A stretch of 64,000 bases of DNA from Octopus sinensis (taxonomy: Eukaryota), in the NCBI RefSeq assembly GCF_006345805.1, contig NC_043025.1, forward strand, positions 15,128,001 through 15,192,000, read 5' to 3'. Made by a program: the position numbers and the translations under genes. The notes beneath the pieces are model-generated. The model had not been told where the DNA came from. It saw nothing but the letters and a program-made list of their open reading frames with translations, and made no database searches. Positions 36,100 to 48,750 of the stretch are shown here, piece by piece (within the stretch, counting starts at the first letter, position 1; each line of letters opens with the position of its first letter).

Positions 36100-37060
36100 A
36101 ATTCTATACATACAAAATTTAGAGGAATGACCACTAATAGTGGACAGCCTAAATATTAACAAGTGACACTAATTAGTACATAGGTAATTGTTTTTTTTCG
36201 TATATTTTCATTTGTCTTGCTTATTTTTACACTTAGATTTTTTGCTGAATTTTTTCTTGAGAACACATTCTTCGTGGTAAATGGCGAGTTTGACGTCTAT
36301 TTCTAGCATACAGGCTGTCCACTATAAGTGGTCATTCCTCTAAATTTTGTATATATATATATAAAGTTAATCCAAACAAGAAAGCACAAAAAAACACATC
36401 AACGTGAGGACGTGGAACAAATATAGTATTATTGAATGAAAGAAGTAGGGTTTAACGTTTCGAGCGGAGCTCTTCGTCGGAAACATAGGAGAAGGAAAGA
36501 TTCAGAGAAGGGAAGACAGAGGAAAAAAATCGACAACGGTACACACATGGTCCCATTTTGAAAGACCGGAAGGAAATGGGTGAAGAAAGGTTTTTTCAAA
36601 GACTGCTTAGCAAGGAGAGATGGCTAGAATGGCGAGTTTTTTTAAAAAGTAAGTGAGAAAGTTTTTTTTAGCAGGTTGCAAGCATTGGGGGAGAAAAAAG
36701 CAAGAAAACGGTAAAGAAGGGATTGAAGGTGTTGGAGGAATTAGTGCAAATCAGGCATGTTGAGAAGTGGTGAATGTCTGTGTAGGTGTAAGTGGTGGTG
36801 ACACAAGTGGAAAAATGGAGGTAGAAGAAGAAAGGTAAAAGAGGATGAGGAAAAAGTGGAAGAGTCACGGACAAATTTTTTTGATTTCCAATCACGATTT
36901 CAGTGGTGTTCTCTGGAAGAATAGTAACAGTAATCCGTAGGTGTAAAAATCCAGGAATTGGTAATCAAAGCACTCGGAGGGCCGGGGTCCGTGTTAGCGT
37001 GCTGTATATAAAGTTAATCCAAACAAGAAAGCACAAAAAAACACAACAACGCGAGGACTA
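36100..37060 (-). mobile_element. Rearranged mini-PLE: tandem partial pLTRs (36357, 37005) plus inverted RT fragment
   Basis: Direct repeats TATAAAGTTAATCCAAACAAGAAAGCAC; inverted arms 36108-36152/36312-36356 around FFLENTFFVVNGEF. Confidence 0.65.
36450..36484 (-). ncRNA. 35-nt minimal hammerhead, U4C core
   Basis: GUUU CCGACGA A GAGC UCC GCUC GAAA CG UU AAAC. Confidence 0.75.
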
Positions 37061-37584
37061 TATATATATTTATATATATATATATACTGCTAATATATGT
37101 TCACTAGGCATGAGGATGTACAGTAACCTGCTTGGGTTGGCTGAAGCATACCTACACAAATGTGCCCCAATGAATTTCTTTCCACATAACTTTCAGAAAC
37201 ATGGATATATCTTCATAAAATTTTCTTCAGATATGTTTCAGATGGCGTACAATATGATGTCGATTCAAATTATAAATTTCCCAAAAAAGAAAATATGTTG
37301 AGTGTCCGTTTGTACGAGTGTTATGCCACCAATTTTATTTCTATATTAAATTCTGATACAATTGTAATCTACACACTTTGAAAGATATTTCTTGAAATTT
37401 TCATTTAAAATACTCATTTTTCTGAAAGTTATGGGAAACAAAAGATATAATCGAAATCTACTCCATTTCTCACGTATTCGTAGAAAATTTCTATAAAAAA
37501 TATACATTTCTGTTGAAGTCATGATGAAGCAAATTGGTGGGGCATATTTGTGTATATATGCCCACTGCTTTACCATAAGTTAAG

Positions 37585-37870
37585 TTAATTTTTTGGCTCA
37601 AAAAGCAAAGAGCAAGGCCATGTAGGGGGACAGGGAGGGTGTACATGCAAAGAGTTCAGGCCATTACTGGTCAAGAGAGGCTTTGAACCGAGTGGTCGTT
37701 GGCATCTTCACTATCTCGTCCAGCAGTTTATTCCACGGATCCGCAACCCGGACGGAGAAAGCCCCTCTCCTTCGATTGAGATGAAATCGTCGCAGATAGA
37801 GCTTTTCGGAGTGACCCCGCAGCCTACCCAGTAATACTAACATTACATTGTTATTATAGATCAACACGAC
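37585..37870 (-). mobile_element. CR1-type LINE 3' end
   Basis: LRGHSEKL..FHLNRRRGAFSVRVADPWNKL..FKASLD. Confidence 0.8.
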
Positions 37871-38219
37871 CAGCTTGCTCCCCTTTGCTTGTATTTGCTG
37901 TGAACCTTATACCTAATTAGGGAGACTACATAACGACACGTGCCAATAGCACAAGTGTCACTACAGACATATAGACAGGTAGAGATATGTGTGTGTGTGT
38001 GTGTGTGTGTCCATGTTTGTTCCCATCTACCACTTGGCAACTGGTGTTGGTGTGTTTATGTCCCTGTAACTTAGCAGTTCAACAAAAGGAGGCCAAATAG
38101 TATAAGTTCCAGGTTTCCAAAAAATAAGGGCTGCCGTTGGTTCCTTTGACTATAAATTCTTTAAGGTGCTGCTACATCATGGCCGTAGCCTAATGACTGA
38201 AAGAAGTAACAGGGAAAAG

Positions 38220-39445
38220 TATGTGTGTGTGTAAGTAAGTATATATGTGTGTTTATATATATATGTGTGTGGGTGTGTGTATGTATACACACACATATTT
38301 ATATACATACATACATACATATGTATAAAAGAAGAGCTGTTTCCCAAAATACCAAAATACGTATACATACACACACACAAATACACATACACATACACAC
38401 ACAAATACACATATACACACACAAATACACATATACACACACACACAAATACAACATATACACACACACACACATACACACACACACAAATACACATATA
38501 CAACACACAAATACACATATACACACACACACAAATACACATATATACACACACACATACACACACACAAATACACATATACACACACACACAAATACAC
38601 ATATATAGACATACACACACACACACACACAAATACACATATATACACATATACACACACACAAATACACATATATACACATATACACACACACAAATAC
38701 ACATATATACACACACACAAATACACATATATACACATATACACACACACACACACAAATACACATATATACACATATACACACACACAAATACACATAT
38801 ACACACACACACAAATACACATATACACATACACACACACACACATAAATACACATATATACACATACACACACACACAAATACACATATATACACATAT
38901 ACACACACACAAATACACATATATACACATACACACACACACACACAAATACACATATATACACACACACAAATACACATATATACACATACACAAATAC
39001 ACATATACACATACACACAAATACACATATATACACATATACACACACACAAATACACATATATACACATACACACACACACACAAATACACATATATAC
39101 ACATACACAAATACACATATACACATACACACAAATACACATATATACACATATACACACACAAATACACATATATACACATACACACACACACACACAA
39201 ATACACATATATACACACACACAAATTCACATATATACACATACACACATACACACACAAATACACATATATACACATATATACACATATACACACAAAT
39301 AAACATATATACACATATATACACATACACACACACAAATATACATATATACACATACACACACAAATACACATATATACACATACACACACACACACAA
39401 ATACACATATATATACATACACACACACACACACATACACATGCA
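38220..39445. repeat. ~1.2-kb CA/TA-based minisatellite (ACACACAAATACACATATAT-type units)
   Basis: Direct reading; source of the spurious 350-400 aa ORFs. Confidence 0.9.
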
Positions 39446-40049
39446 GTAATGTTGATGCTATAAAGTCTTGAAACCTCTAAACACTCCTCTTTGGTGAAGG
39501 TTACCAATATCTCGGTCACTTCTTACTTTAAACAATTGGAACTATGTAGGTGTGTGTAGGTGTGTGTGTGTGTGGATGCCTGTGTGTGGTTGTGTATGAA
39601 CACATGCTTGTATGTGTGTGTGTGCATAATTGTATATATATTTTTGTCTGACCGTGTATTTGCAGTTTAGAAAGAGGTTTTACTTCCTTGTCCCATTGTT
39701 CTGGAGCAAGTGCCTTTTGCTAAAGCCCTGGGCCAACCAGAGCCTTCTCGGTGGATTTGGTAGGTAAGAACTGTGTGAACGCCCACTATGTATATATCTT
39801 TAAGATATTTGGGATGAATTTGGTGACATTTATGTTTGCTTTTTCCAAAGAATTACTAGATGTATTTGTGAACAATCTAAGGCGTTGGAGAGCATAAAGA
39901 TTAAAGTTGTTGTTGGGAGAAAATTAGCCAACATGGAGAACTGGAGATTCTCAGAATACTGGAAAAGAATTACCTGTATCATGAGGATTTGGGCAAGGTG
40001 TCGAAATGCTATATGGACACTGTAAAGGTTGTAAGGCTTGACATGGACA

Positions 40050-40641
40050 GCTGCAATGGAGATTATGAAGTGTTGGCCAGCAGACATTCAGGCAGTATTG
40101 GCACGCTTGAATTTTGGCCCACAACTTTGAACAGGGCCTTGGGCTCAATTCAGAAAATGATGTGAAGGTATGGGAAACTGTGGTGAAACCCTTACTGGAG
40201 TGGGATGCACCTGAAAGGCCATATGTTTGGCAGCAGGATTTGCCAAACCTTTGGAAAGAGCCAGAAGCGGTTGTTAGGGTTAGGGTTAAGGTTAGGGTTC
40301 ACTGACCCCAGTTTGTAGACCTTTTATCTTGTGTTTGAGATGAAGCTGAGAAAGACACCAGCCATCCCTCTGCCTGCCAAACCAAGGCCGAGCTGGCAGC
40401 CAAGAAGAAGGAAGTGCTCAAAGATCTCCCCAGAGACACAGCGAGGAAGACATGCACCAGGTTCTGCACCAGGTCATGAGACTGTGGTGGGTGTTAAGGG
40501 CTTCTTTGAGGGAATTGTTATCTTCCATCCATAATCTTGTTGATAGGTTTTGATTTCAGAAATTAAAAAAAAATTTGTGGATGGGGTATTGTACTTTCTC
40601 TTCCATTTGCACAAACTGTTAAATTTAACCAAAGTACCCTC

Positions 40642-40643
<2 letters not shown>
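40050..40643 (+). mobile_element. maT/mariner-like transposase remnant
   Basis: VVKPLLEW..RPYVWQQD; C.TKAEL..DLPRDT..C.RF motifs; possible TIR at the right end. Confidence 0.6.
40274..40299 (+). repeat. Short interstitial telomeric sequence (TTAGGG)x4
   Basis: TTAGGG TTAGGG TTAAGG TTAGGG TT. Confidence 0.75.
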
Positions 40644-40675
<32 letters not shown>

Positions 40676-40958
40676 CATTTATGTATGTATGTATACATAT
40701 ATCATATATATTTATATATATATATATAATATATATATATATATGTATGCATACATGTATATATATATATATGTATGCATACATGTATATATATATATAT
40801 GTATGCATACATGTATATATATATATATGTATGCATACATGTATATATATATATATATACATATGTATACATGTGTATGTATATATATATATATACATAT
40901 GTATACATGTGTATGTATATATATATATATATATTATATATATATATATATATGTATG

Positions 40959-41013
<55 letters not shown>

Positions 41014-41266
41014 TATGTATACATGTGTATGTATATATATATATATATAATATATATATATATATACATGATGGGGCTTGGCAATTTCTGCCAAACAGCC
41101 TCACAGATGATTTGTTTACAGTGATTCCCATGTTTGTGTACACATCAGCTCACTCTCTCCATCAAATCAACATTCCCTGTTCAGATGCACCATGTGCCAC
41201 ATGTGAGATGACGAAACAACCACAGAGCAACGCAAACTGAAGTGCTTTGCTCAAGAACACAAACAC

Positions 41267-41301
<35 letters not shown>

Positions 41302-41521
41302 CGAGTGTTATTAAAGATAAATTTCCAAATTTCGGTCAGTAGGGATATAGAATCCAACTGCGTACCGCAGTCGCTTTTACCATTTATTAATGCTGGTTAA
41401 CTTCTGTGAGTGCATAAAACACTCCAGTTCGTTTGCTTTCCTAACCTCAATCTATCTTCACGTAGGCAAATCCATGTCTCTATAGGGAGACTGTATGTTT
41501 GGGGTCAGAGAAAATCACGAA

Positions 41522-41889
41522 TCTCTATATATATAAATGGCAAAATGTCTGTGTGTGTCGGTCCTTTATACAAATCCACAATTTTTCAGTTCGAAGGCTC
41601 GCACTTTCTGTGGTCATTCAGAACCGTCCAAGGGTGGTCGTGCACATCTTTACATCTTTACCCAGTCACCACGCAAAGCCATTAAAAAATCAATAGAAGT
41701 GACTTTTTTGTGAATTTTCTATCCAAAACCCAATCAAAATGCCCGAAACTTGATACGCCAATTGAATGGCAGCCAGCTGTATGTGATTGGTCTGAGATTT
41801 GGACAGTACTCGGGTGTATGTGTGCACGCACACTGCTGTATATGCATGCACTGGTTCTATGACCCGGCGTTGCTGGGTCATAGTGCTAG
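41522..41889 (+). mobile_element. Non-autonomous Helitron H1
   Basis: A|TC start, hairpin plus CTAG|T; similar to 775-1137. Confidence 0.85.
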
Positions 41890-41891
41890 TG

Positions 41892-42163
41892 TTTAATAAA
41901 GGAGAACAGAGATTTTATACTCCGTTTTATTCAGCAGTTCCTTACATCTTTTCATTTCTGCACCTACACGTGTTTCTGCAGCACTTAATGCACACAGCAA
42001 AATTTGCATCTTTATCTGCACTTATTGGAAATTAACAATAACTGCACATAAAGATGCAAATTTTGCAGTCTGCTGCAGAAACATGTGTAGGTGCATAAAT
42101 GAAAAGAAGTAAGGAATTGCTGAATAAAACTGGATATAAATCTCTATTCCCTTTTATTATAAA
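41892..42163. repeat. Palindromic pair of decayed hammerhead-like cassettes
   Basis: ~130-bp arms; AUAAAGA UGCA..UGCA GAAA CACGUG UA GGUGCAG. Confidence 0.6.
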
Positions 42164-42166
42164 TTC

Positions 42167-42231
<65 letters not shown>

Positions 42232-42304
42232 GAGAGAGAGAGAGACAGAGACAGATATATAATTTATATATGTATATATATACATAGATGTGTATATATA
42301 TACA

Positions 42305-42700
42305 TATCATCATCATCATTTAGCGTCCGCTTTCCATGCTGGCATGGGTTGGATGGTTCAACTGGGGTCTGGGAAGCCAGAAGGCTGCACCAGGCCCAGT
42401 CTGATCTGGCAATGTTTCTTTGGCTGGATGCCCTTCCTAACGCCAACCACTCCGTGAGTGTAGTGGGTGCTTTTTACATGCCACCGGCACAGGTGCCAGA
42501 CGGGGCTGGCAAACGGCAACGATCGGATGGTGCTTTTTACATGCTATCGGCACGGGGGCCAGGCGAGTCTGGCAACGGCCACAATCGGATGGTGCTTTTT
42601 ACGTGCCACCGGCACGGAGGCCAGTCAGGGCGGCGCTGGCAACGGCCACAATCGGATGGTTCGCTTACGTGCCACCGGCACTGGTATCACAACTGCAATT
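42305..42700 (-). mobile_element. SINE family B with about four internal ~53-bp repeats
   Basis: Family match. Confidence 0.8.
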
Positions 42701-42886
42701 TCCCAAGAAGGAAAGGTATGCATAAGTCGACTGGCTACATCACAGGTAGAGGCCACGGGTTATCGTCTCACTAGTCCTGCCGTGTCTTCTCACACACAGC
42801 ATACTTCCATATATATATATATGTATATATGAATATATATATTTTATATACACACACATACATATATATACATACACACACACATG

Positions 42887-42918
<32 letters not shown>

Positions 42919-43005
42919 CTAGCTGAAGGTGACCCGCTCTACGCGCGGGTAAGAGTGTGGTATATATACATAAATGTATACAAATTATATATATATATAT
43001 ATATA

Positions 43006-43245
43006 TCATCATCATCATCATTTAACGTCCGTTTTCCGCGCTAGCACGGGTTGGACGGTTTCGACCGGGGTCTGGGGAGCTCGGGACTGCCCCAGGCTCC
43101 AGTCTAGTCTGGCAGTGTTTCTACAGCTGGATGCCCTTCCTAACGCCAACCACTCCGCGAGTGTAGTGGGTGTTTTTTACGTGCCACCTGCACAGGTGCC
43201 AGAGGGGTCTGGCATCGGCCATGTTCGGATGGTGCTTTTTATGGG
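43006..43245 (-). mobile_element. SINE family B nested in the Helitron
   Basis: Family match. Confidence 0.75.
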
Positions 43246-43683
43246 GGGGGGTGCAGAAATATAGGGGAGCACCAGTGGGAGGGATGGTTCAGAGGACAGG
43301 TACTAGGCAAGTAGAACGTAGGATACCGAGAGAGGGGTAATGTATGGTGAAATAGCGTATTGAAGAGGGGGCTTCAAATAGTAGACACCTATAATGGTGG
43401 TGGGGGGTGGTTCAGAGGACAGGTTCTAGGCAAGTAGAACGTAGGATATCGAGAGAGGGGTAATGCATGGTGAAATAGCGTATTGAAGAGGGGGGTTCAA
43501 AGAGTAGACACCTATAATGGTGGTGGGGGGGTGCAGAAATATAGGGGAACACCAGTGGGAGGGGTGGTTCAGAGGACAGGTTCTAGGCAAGTAGAACGTA
43601 GGATATCGAGAGAGGGGTAATGCATGGTGAAATAGCGTATTGAAGAGGGGGGTTCAAAGAGTAGACACCTATAATGGTGGTGG
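43245..43683. repeat. Three-unit tandem repeat (about 120-160 bp) in the Helitron 3' region
   Basis: GGTTCAGAGGACAGGT..AGTAGACACCTATAATGGTGGT repeated three times. Confidence 0.9.
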
Positions 43684-44804
43684 GAGAAACGACATCCGGT
43701 ATAGTTGGAGCAAAATAGAGATATTCGGTATTGGTGGTGGGGGTGGGTAGGGCGGGCGCGCCGCGAAGAATCGGCAGCCAATTTCTATCAGCCCTGTAAG
43801 GGAGAATAGATCTTAAATATCTATAACGATAACTAGTGAATTATACAGAATATGCAAAAACGAGGCGAGGCTGAAATAGTAAACAGAGTGGCGTCTAGGG
43901 GGATCAGATATATATATATATGTAAATACAGATATATGCACTTTGTATATATAAAGATTATTATATATACATATTTAAAAATAGATACACAAACACATAT
44001 ATAAATTAACCCAATAAATATCTGATTCATAATATTTGTTGTCATGATTGAGTGATGGTTGTGGCGATGATAATTCTCTCTATGAATGCAGACAGACGTG
44101 GAGAGTGAGAGTGTGTGAAAGCGCTGTGGAAGGCAGGGAGGGGGATAACGGACGCTGTGAAACGACGTTATAAAGAGAAAGTGAATGTAAGGGAGGTAGA
44201 CGCTGTGAAACGACGTTATAGATAGAAAGTGAAAGGAAGGGAGAAAAGTGAGTGAGTGATGGAGGAAGACAGATACATAAAAGAATGAGAGTGTTGGATG
44301 TTTTGTTTGTTGGACCAATGTATTAAGGTAGTATTGTTTTATTGTTTTAAAACGAAAGAGGCAATGTGTTTGTTTCAAAAATTAAAAAATCTGTTATAGT
44401 GAATGAAATTAGAATTCACACCCAGCTCAGTTTTGTAGAAAGAGTATCACGATGTGAACTCATGAGTTGGGAGTTTGACTGAGAGAGTTTATATGGTGAC
44501 ACATGCCAGTCCTTTCGACACCACCTAAACAATGGAATAGTGTATAAAATGTAATTAACAACTCATTCACTTTATGAATGTCTTATGTTAGCGAAGAAAC
44601 AATAACTTGACAAAACCGTTTAATGAGACGTAGAAGGAATCGGAAAATGAGGAATAAAGAGAATGAGTTGGATCAAATATTTGCAAACATCTGAACCCAA
44701 TGTTCTTTATGAACCATGTTCTTTTTAATGTCTTTATTTTCAAGAATGAAGAGATAATGAAGAGGTGCAAAATAAAAAATCAAGCAAAATTTCATGACTT
44801 ACAA

Positions 44805-47290
44805 TCAGTTTTCTTTTGTCAGAGCCTCCTGATAAACCACGTTCCTTGTGCGCTCATGATTGCCAAGAATGAAGAGTTTACGTGGATTTCCAACTCGAGA
44901 ACAGGCTACGTACAATTGACCATGACTGAAAACCGGTTGTGACAGGTTAATGCCTACAATGTCCAGTGATTGTCCCTGTGACTTGTTGATTGTCATCGCG
45001 AAGCATAGTTTTATTGGAAATTGAAAGCGTTTAAACTAAATGGGAATATCAGAGGGTGAAATACTCATTTTATGTATCATTTTGATTGTTCCTACAAATG
45101 GTCCACTCAAAATTTCAGCAGTTATAACATGGCTTTGAATCCTCCTAATAACCATTCGGGTTCCATTGCATATTTCAGGCGTTTCCATATTTCTGAGCAC
45201 CATGATTGGAGCACCAACTTTCAAACACAAATGATGAGGTGGAAGTCCCGGAGGTGTTAGCTTGTTGAGTAGGTCGGGTGGATATTTGACTGCATCATTC
45301 TCATATTTATTTGTATCGATGGACATGAAAGAAACTATCTCACCAGAATTCATATCAAGTACTTGTTTATTTGTAGCATGAGCTGTTGTATTATGAGGCG
45401 ATAGAATAGCTCTTGCTCTTAGCCAATCGAGATCCTGGAAGTTGGTTTCGACGTCACGTAAAACGGCTCTTATAAGTTCTTCTACATTTGGAACGAAATT
45501 CCCAAAAGGCAACCGAATATGCTCATCATCAACAAAAGGCAAAACTCCATCACCAAGATCTAATAGGTGTTTTGCGAAAGCCTCAGACTCCACATCACCA
45601 TGTAGGTGGACTGTCATGTTTGTTTGAAGATGGCGACTGATAACACTGTGCCACACAAAAGAATGCTTTATACATGCATTAACCTCATCAGCTCTAGTGC
45701 CTGCTCGGACAACAGGAAGAGTTTGTCGAAAATCTCCTGCCATGAGAAACGTAGCTCCACCCATTATTTTTGTATTTTGACGCAAATCTTGGAGAGTTCT
45801 GTCAAGAGCCTCAAACATGGCCTTATTACTCATTGTAGCCTCATCCCAAATAAAAAGACTGCATTCACGAAGAAGTCTTGCTCTTGAGGAACTACGATCT
45901 ATATTACATATAGGATTATCTTTCTTTCCAATGTCCATGGGCAATTTGAATGCACTATGTGCCGTACGGCCGCCTTGAAGCAGTGTCGCTGCAATACCAC
46001 TTGAGGCACATGCAATGGCAAATCGACGTTCAGCGCGCAGCTTTGCGAGAATCAAATTGATAACGAAAGTTTTACCAGTACCACCTGGAGCATTCAAAAA
46101 GAAAAGCTTTCCTTGGTTCAATCTAACGCTGTCAATAATTTCATTATAAATCTCTCTTTGTTCAGGCAAAAGTCTTGGTTCATCTCGCGTAATTGTTTCC
46201 GTCAATTCGGCAATGTTGTAGTTGTTTTCTGACATGTATTCAACATCCAAAGGCGCTTCATGATGGACAGGTGTTGGCAGATGGAATTCACTTAAACCGC
46301 GTATAACATAGCGTCTGATGTGTCTGTCCATGTCGATTAATGCCTCTTTATAAACATCGTCGTTGCCATCACGTTGCGCTAAATTAGCCTGTATGTCCTT
46401 TGATAGGCTCTGTCTGAACGATTCCCAAAGGTTAAGAGGGTTGCTGGGATTACAGTGGATTAATATGCTACAAAACAATCGACGCATTTGCCATGGCAGT
46501 TTACAATTTGAGGCCTCTGCTAATGTCCTGTGTAAGTGGTCGTCATTGAGAAGAAGTCCGCGCCTCAAACATGCTTTCCTGTAAGTGGCACAGATGATAC
46601 CATCAACCGTGCGAAGATCAGCAAAAGACTTCGGTCCAGTAACTACATGAAGTAGCATTCTCAAAAAGATTTCCTGTTTGGTAGGATGGATATTATACAC
46701 ACGCCCAATGACGTTCTTCCTAGAAACACCGGGCCAATTGTCAAGTTCTGTTCCATGTGACCTGCGCTTCCAATTATTGTTGTTGTATGTGTAATATTCC
46801 GGTACTTCAGGGTAAATGAGAGTAGCAGCAAACTCATCAACTGAACACAATTTAAAAAATGCTGTAAGCGTAGTCCCTTTTGGATTTTCAATGACTTGAC
46901 GTGCATTTTTCTCTGTGAAGTAAACCAGCTGTCTCTTCTGTAAATGAACATTCAGGTGGAAAACTGATGGTGAACTTAGATGAATCTCGTATCCAAAAAT
47001 GCGCCACGCTGCTTAATTGGAGGATACATACCTACCCCAAACGAATTGTTTAATTTCGTCATGTCTAAGGTCTTCATCACTGAACACAAACACGGCCATA
47101 TCATCGCCCTTATTAATGTACTTGCAGAGGTATTGTATGCATCTCACCGAACTGCAGTACTCAACATTAATGTGTGCATTAAATGTTTTGGAAAGCAAAG
47201 GGTTGAATGGAACGATCCAGGCATTATCAACATCGAATGTTTTTAGCCGTTGTTTAATTGTAGCTGTGCGGCCACCCAAACCTGGGTCAC
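44805..47290 (-). pseudogene. Helitron RepHel (Rep C-terminus plus PIF1-type helicase), disrupted
   Basis: DNAWIVPFNP..HINVEYC..KYINKG; [48 protein letters not shown]; stops and frameshifts. Confidence 0.93.
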
Positions 47291-48708
47291 ATATATGAAA
47301 GAGAGGACGGGAAAATGAAATATTTTGCAATGTAAACATGATTTGTTTTAAGAGAAAGATTGTCATGATTGTGTGTTGGTGGTGGCGATGATAATTATCA
47401 TTAGGAAAAACATAAGTTGTGGCGATGATAATTCTAGACCCCTTTTCACATTTTGATGAAGAGAACCCGATTTCATTCGAGTCTACTGGGGCCACATATA
47501 GGGGGGGGGGGTGCACTGTAGAAATTAAATTAGAGATCAAACCACTAACAGGGAAATGAAACAGTAAAAAAACAAAAACATAAAAATATAATATTAGATA
47601 TATGTATATATGTGTGTGTGTGTGTGTGTTGACAGGTAGACAATAGAATGCGATGGCGATGGGGATGGCGATGTAATATTTGTTACTGTCTATGAACGCT
47701 GATAGATACATGAGTAAAATGTATAGGAAGGTAAGAAATAAGAGTGAGTGAAAATGTTCTTGGAAGAGAGTCAATAGCGACAGAGTGATTTGAGGAAGAC
47801 TTTACATTAAATAACGGTAGTTGCATTGTCAAATGAAGAGGAGTGACAGAGTACTGGAGGAAATAGGGTGAGGTAGGAAGATGGCCCCTAGCAACCACAC
47901 CTTTTAAGATAGGGATTTCTAAGGTAGCCCACGTGCATCGTCACCTCATTCTACATGTCCCTGTAAATTTTGGAGCGAATCGGACGGGATGTAGTGGCAT
48001 TGAAAGCGAACCAAGCGGTAAAAACGCAATTCAGTTTTATATATAGAGATATACATATGATGATGATGGCCGTCCACTCGTAACCGAGGAAGACCATTGC
48101 TGACCTTCAGGAACATTGTGTGCTCTAGGACTAACTTATATTTTGCATTTGCAGCTCCGTTGGTGGCTGATGAGCCCAGCTCTTGACAAGTACACACGAC
48201 TGCAAACATTGCAGACCAAGCTTTCCCAATTTGCTACACCAGCCGTGCGCTTTCGAGTAGCTCGCTTAAGTTCTTCATGCAGAATACGTGCTCCCTCAAA
48301 GGTGCCGACCCCACTCCTTAACCTGCTTCCTCCATCTGTGGCGATGTCAGGCAGTGCTATCCCAGTCAGTCTCCTGCATATCACACACACACACACACTG
48401 GTGTTTGTTTGTTTCCATCCCTGCAACTTAGCGGCTGAGCAAAAGAGACCAATAGAATAAGAACCAGGTGAAATCTTGGTTTCGATTTTGTCCAAATAAA
48501 CTTTTCAGGGCAGTGCCCCAGCATGGCCACAGTCTAATGAGTGAAATAGATGAAATAGAAGCCAAAATAGAAAGAGATGTTATGAGTGCATACGTGTAAT
48601 GGTGTGTGTATAAGTCTGTGTGTCTGTCTAACTGTGTCAGTAGGGATGAATTGTGTGTGTGTATATGTGTATATGTCTTCCTGTATGAGTGTGTACGAGT
48701 GCATATGA

Positions 48709-48750
<42 letters not shown>

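Larger units (their letters stand above)
42919..48049 (-). mobile_element. Internally deleted formerly autonomous Helitron with both termini
   Basis: Minus A|TCTCTATATATAAAA 5' end at 48049; ACCCGC-loop-GCGGGT hairpin (42932-42950) then CTAG|T at 42919. Confidence 0.8.

Noticed and set aside
38177-39519. 350-400 aa ORFs on both strands
   Set aside because: Translation of a CA/TA minisatellite (CV/YI/HT repeats); no coding signal. The same applies to the many YIYI ORFs elsewhere.
43245-43683. CRISPR-like regular repeats (also the SINE-B internal repeats at 42480-42680)
   Set aside because: Contiguous tandem units without unique spacers, no cas genes, eukaryotic context
45036-46850. Cellular PIF1 helicase gene
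   Set aside because: Intronless, adjacent to Rep motifs, interrupted by stops and enclosed by Helitron termini
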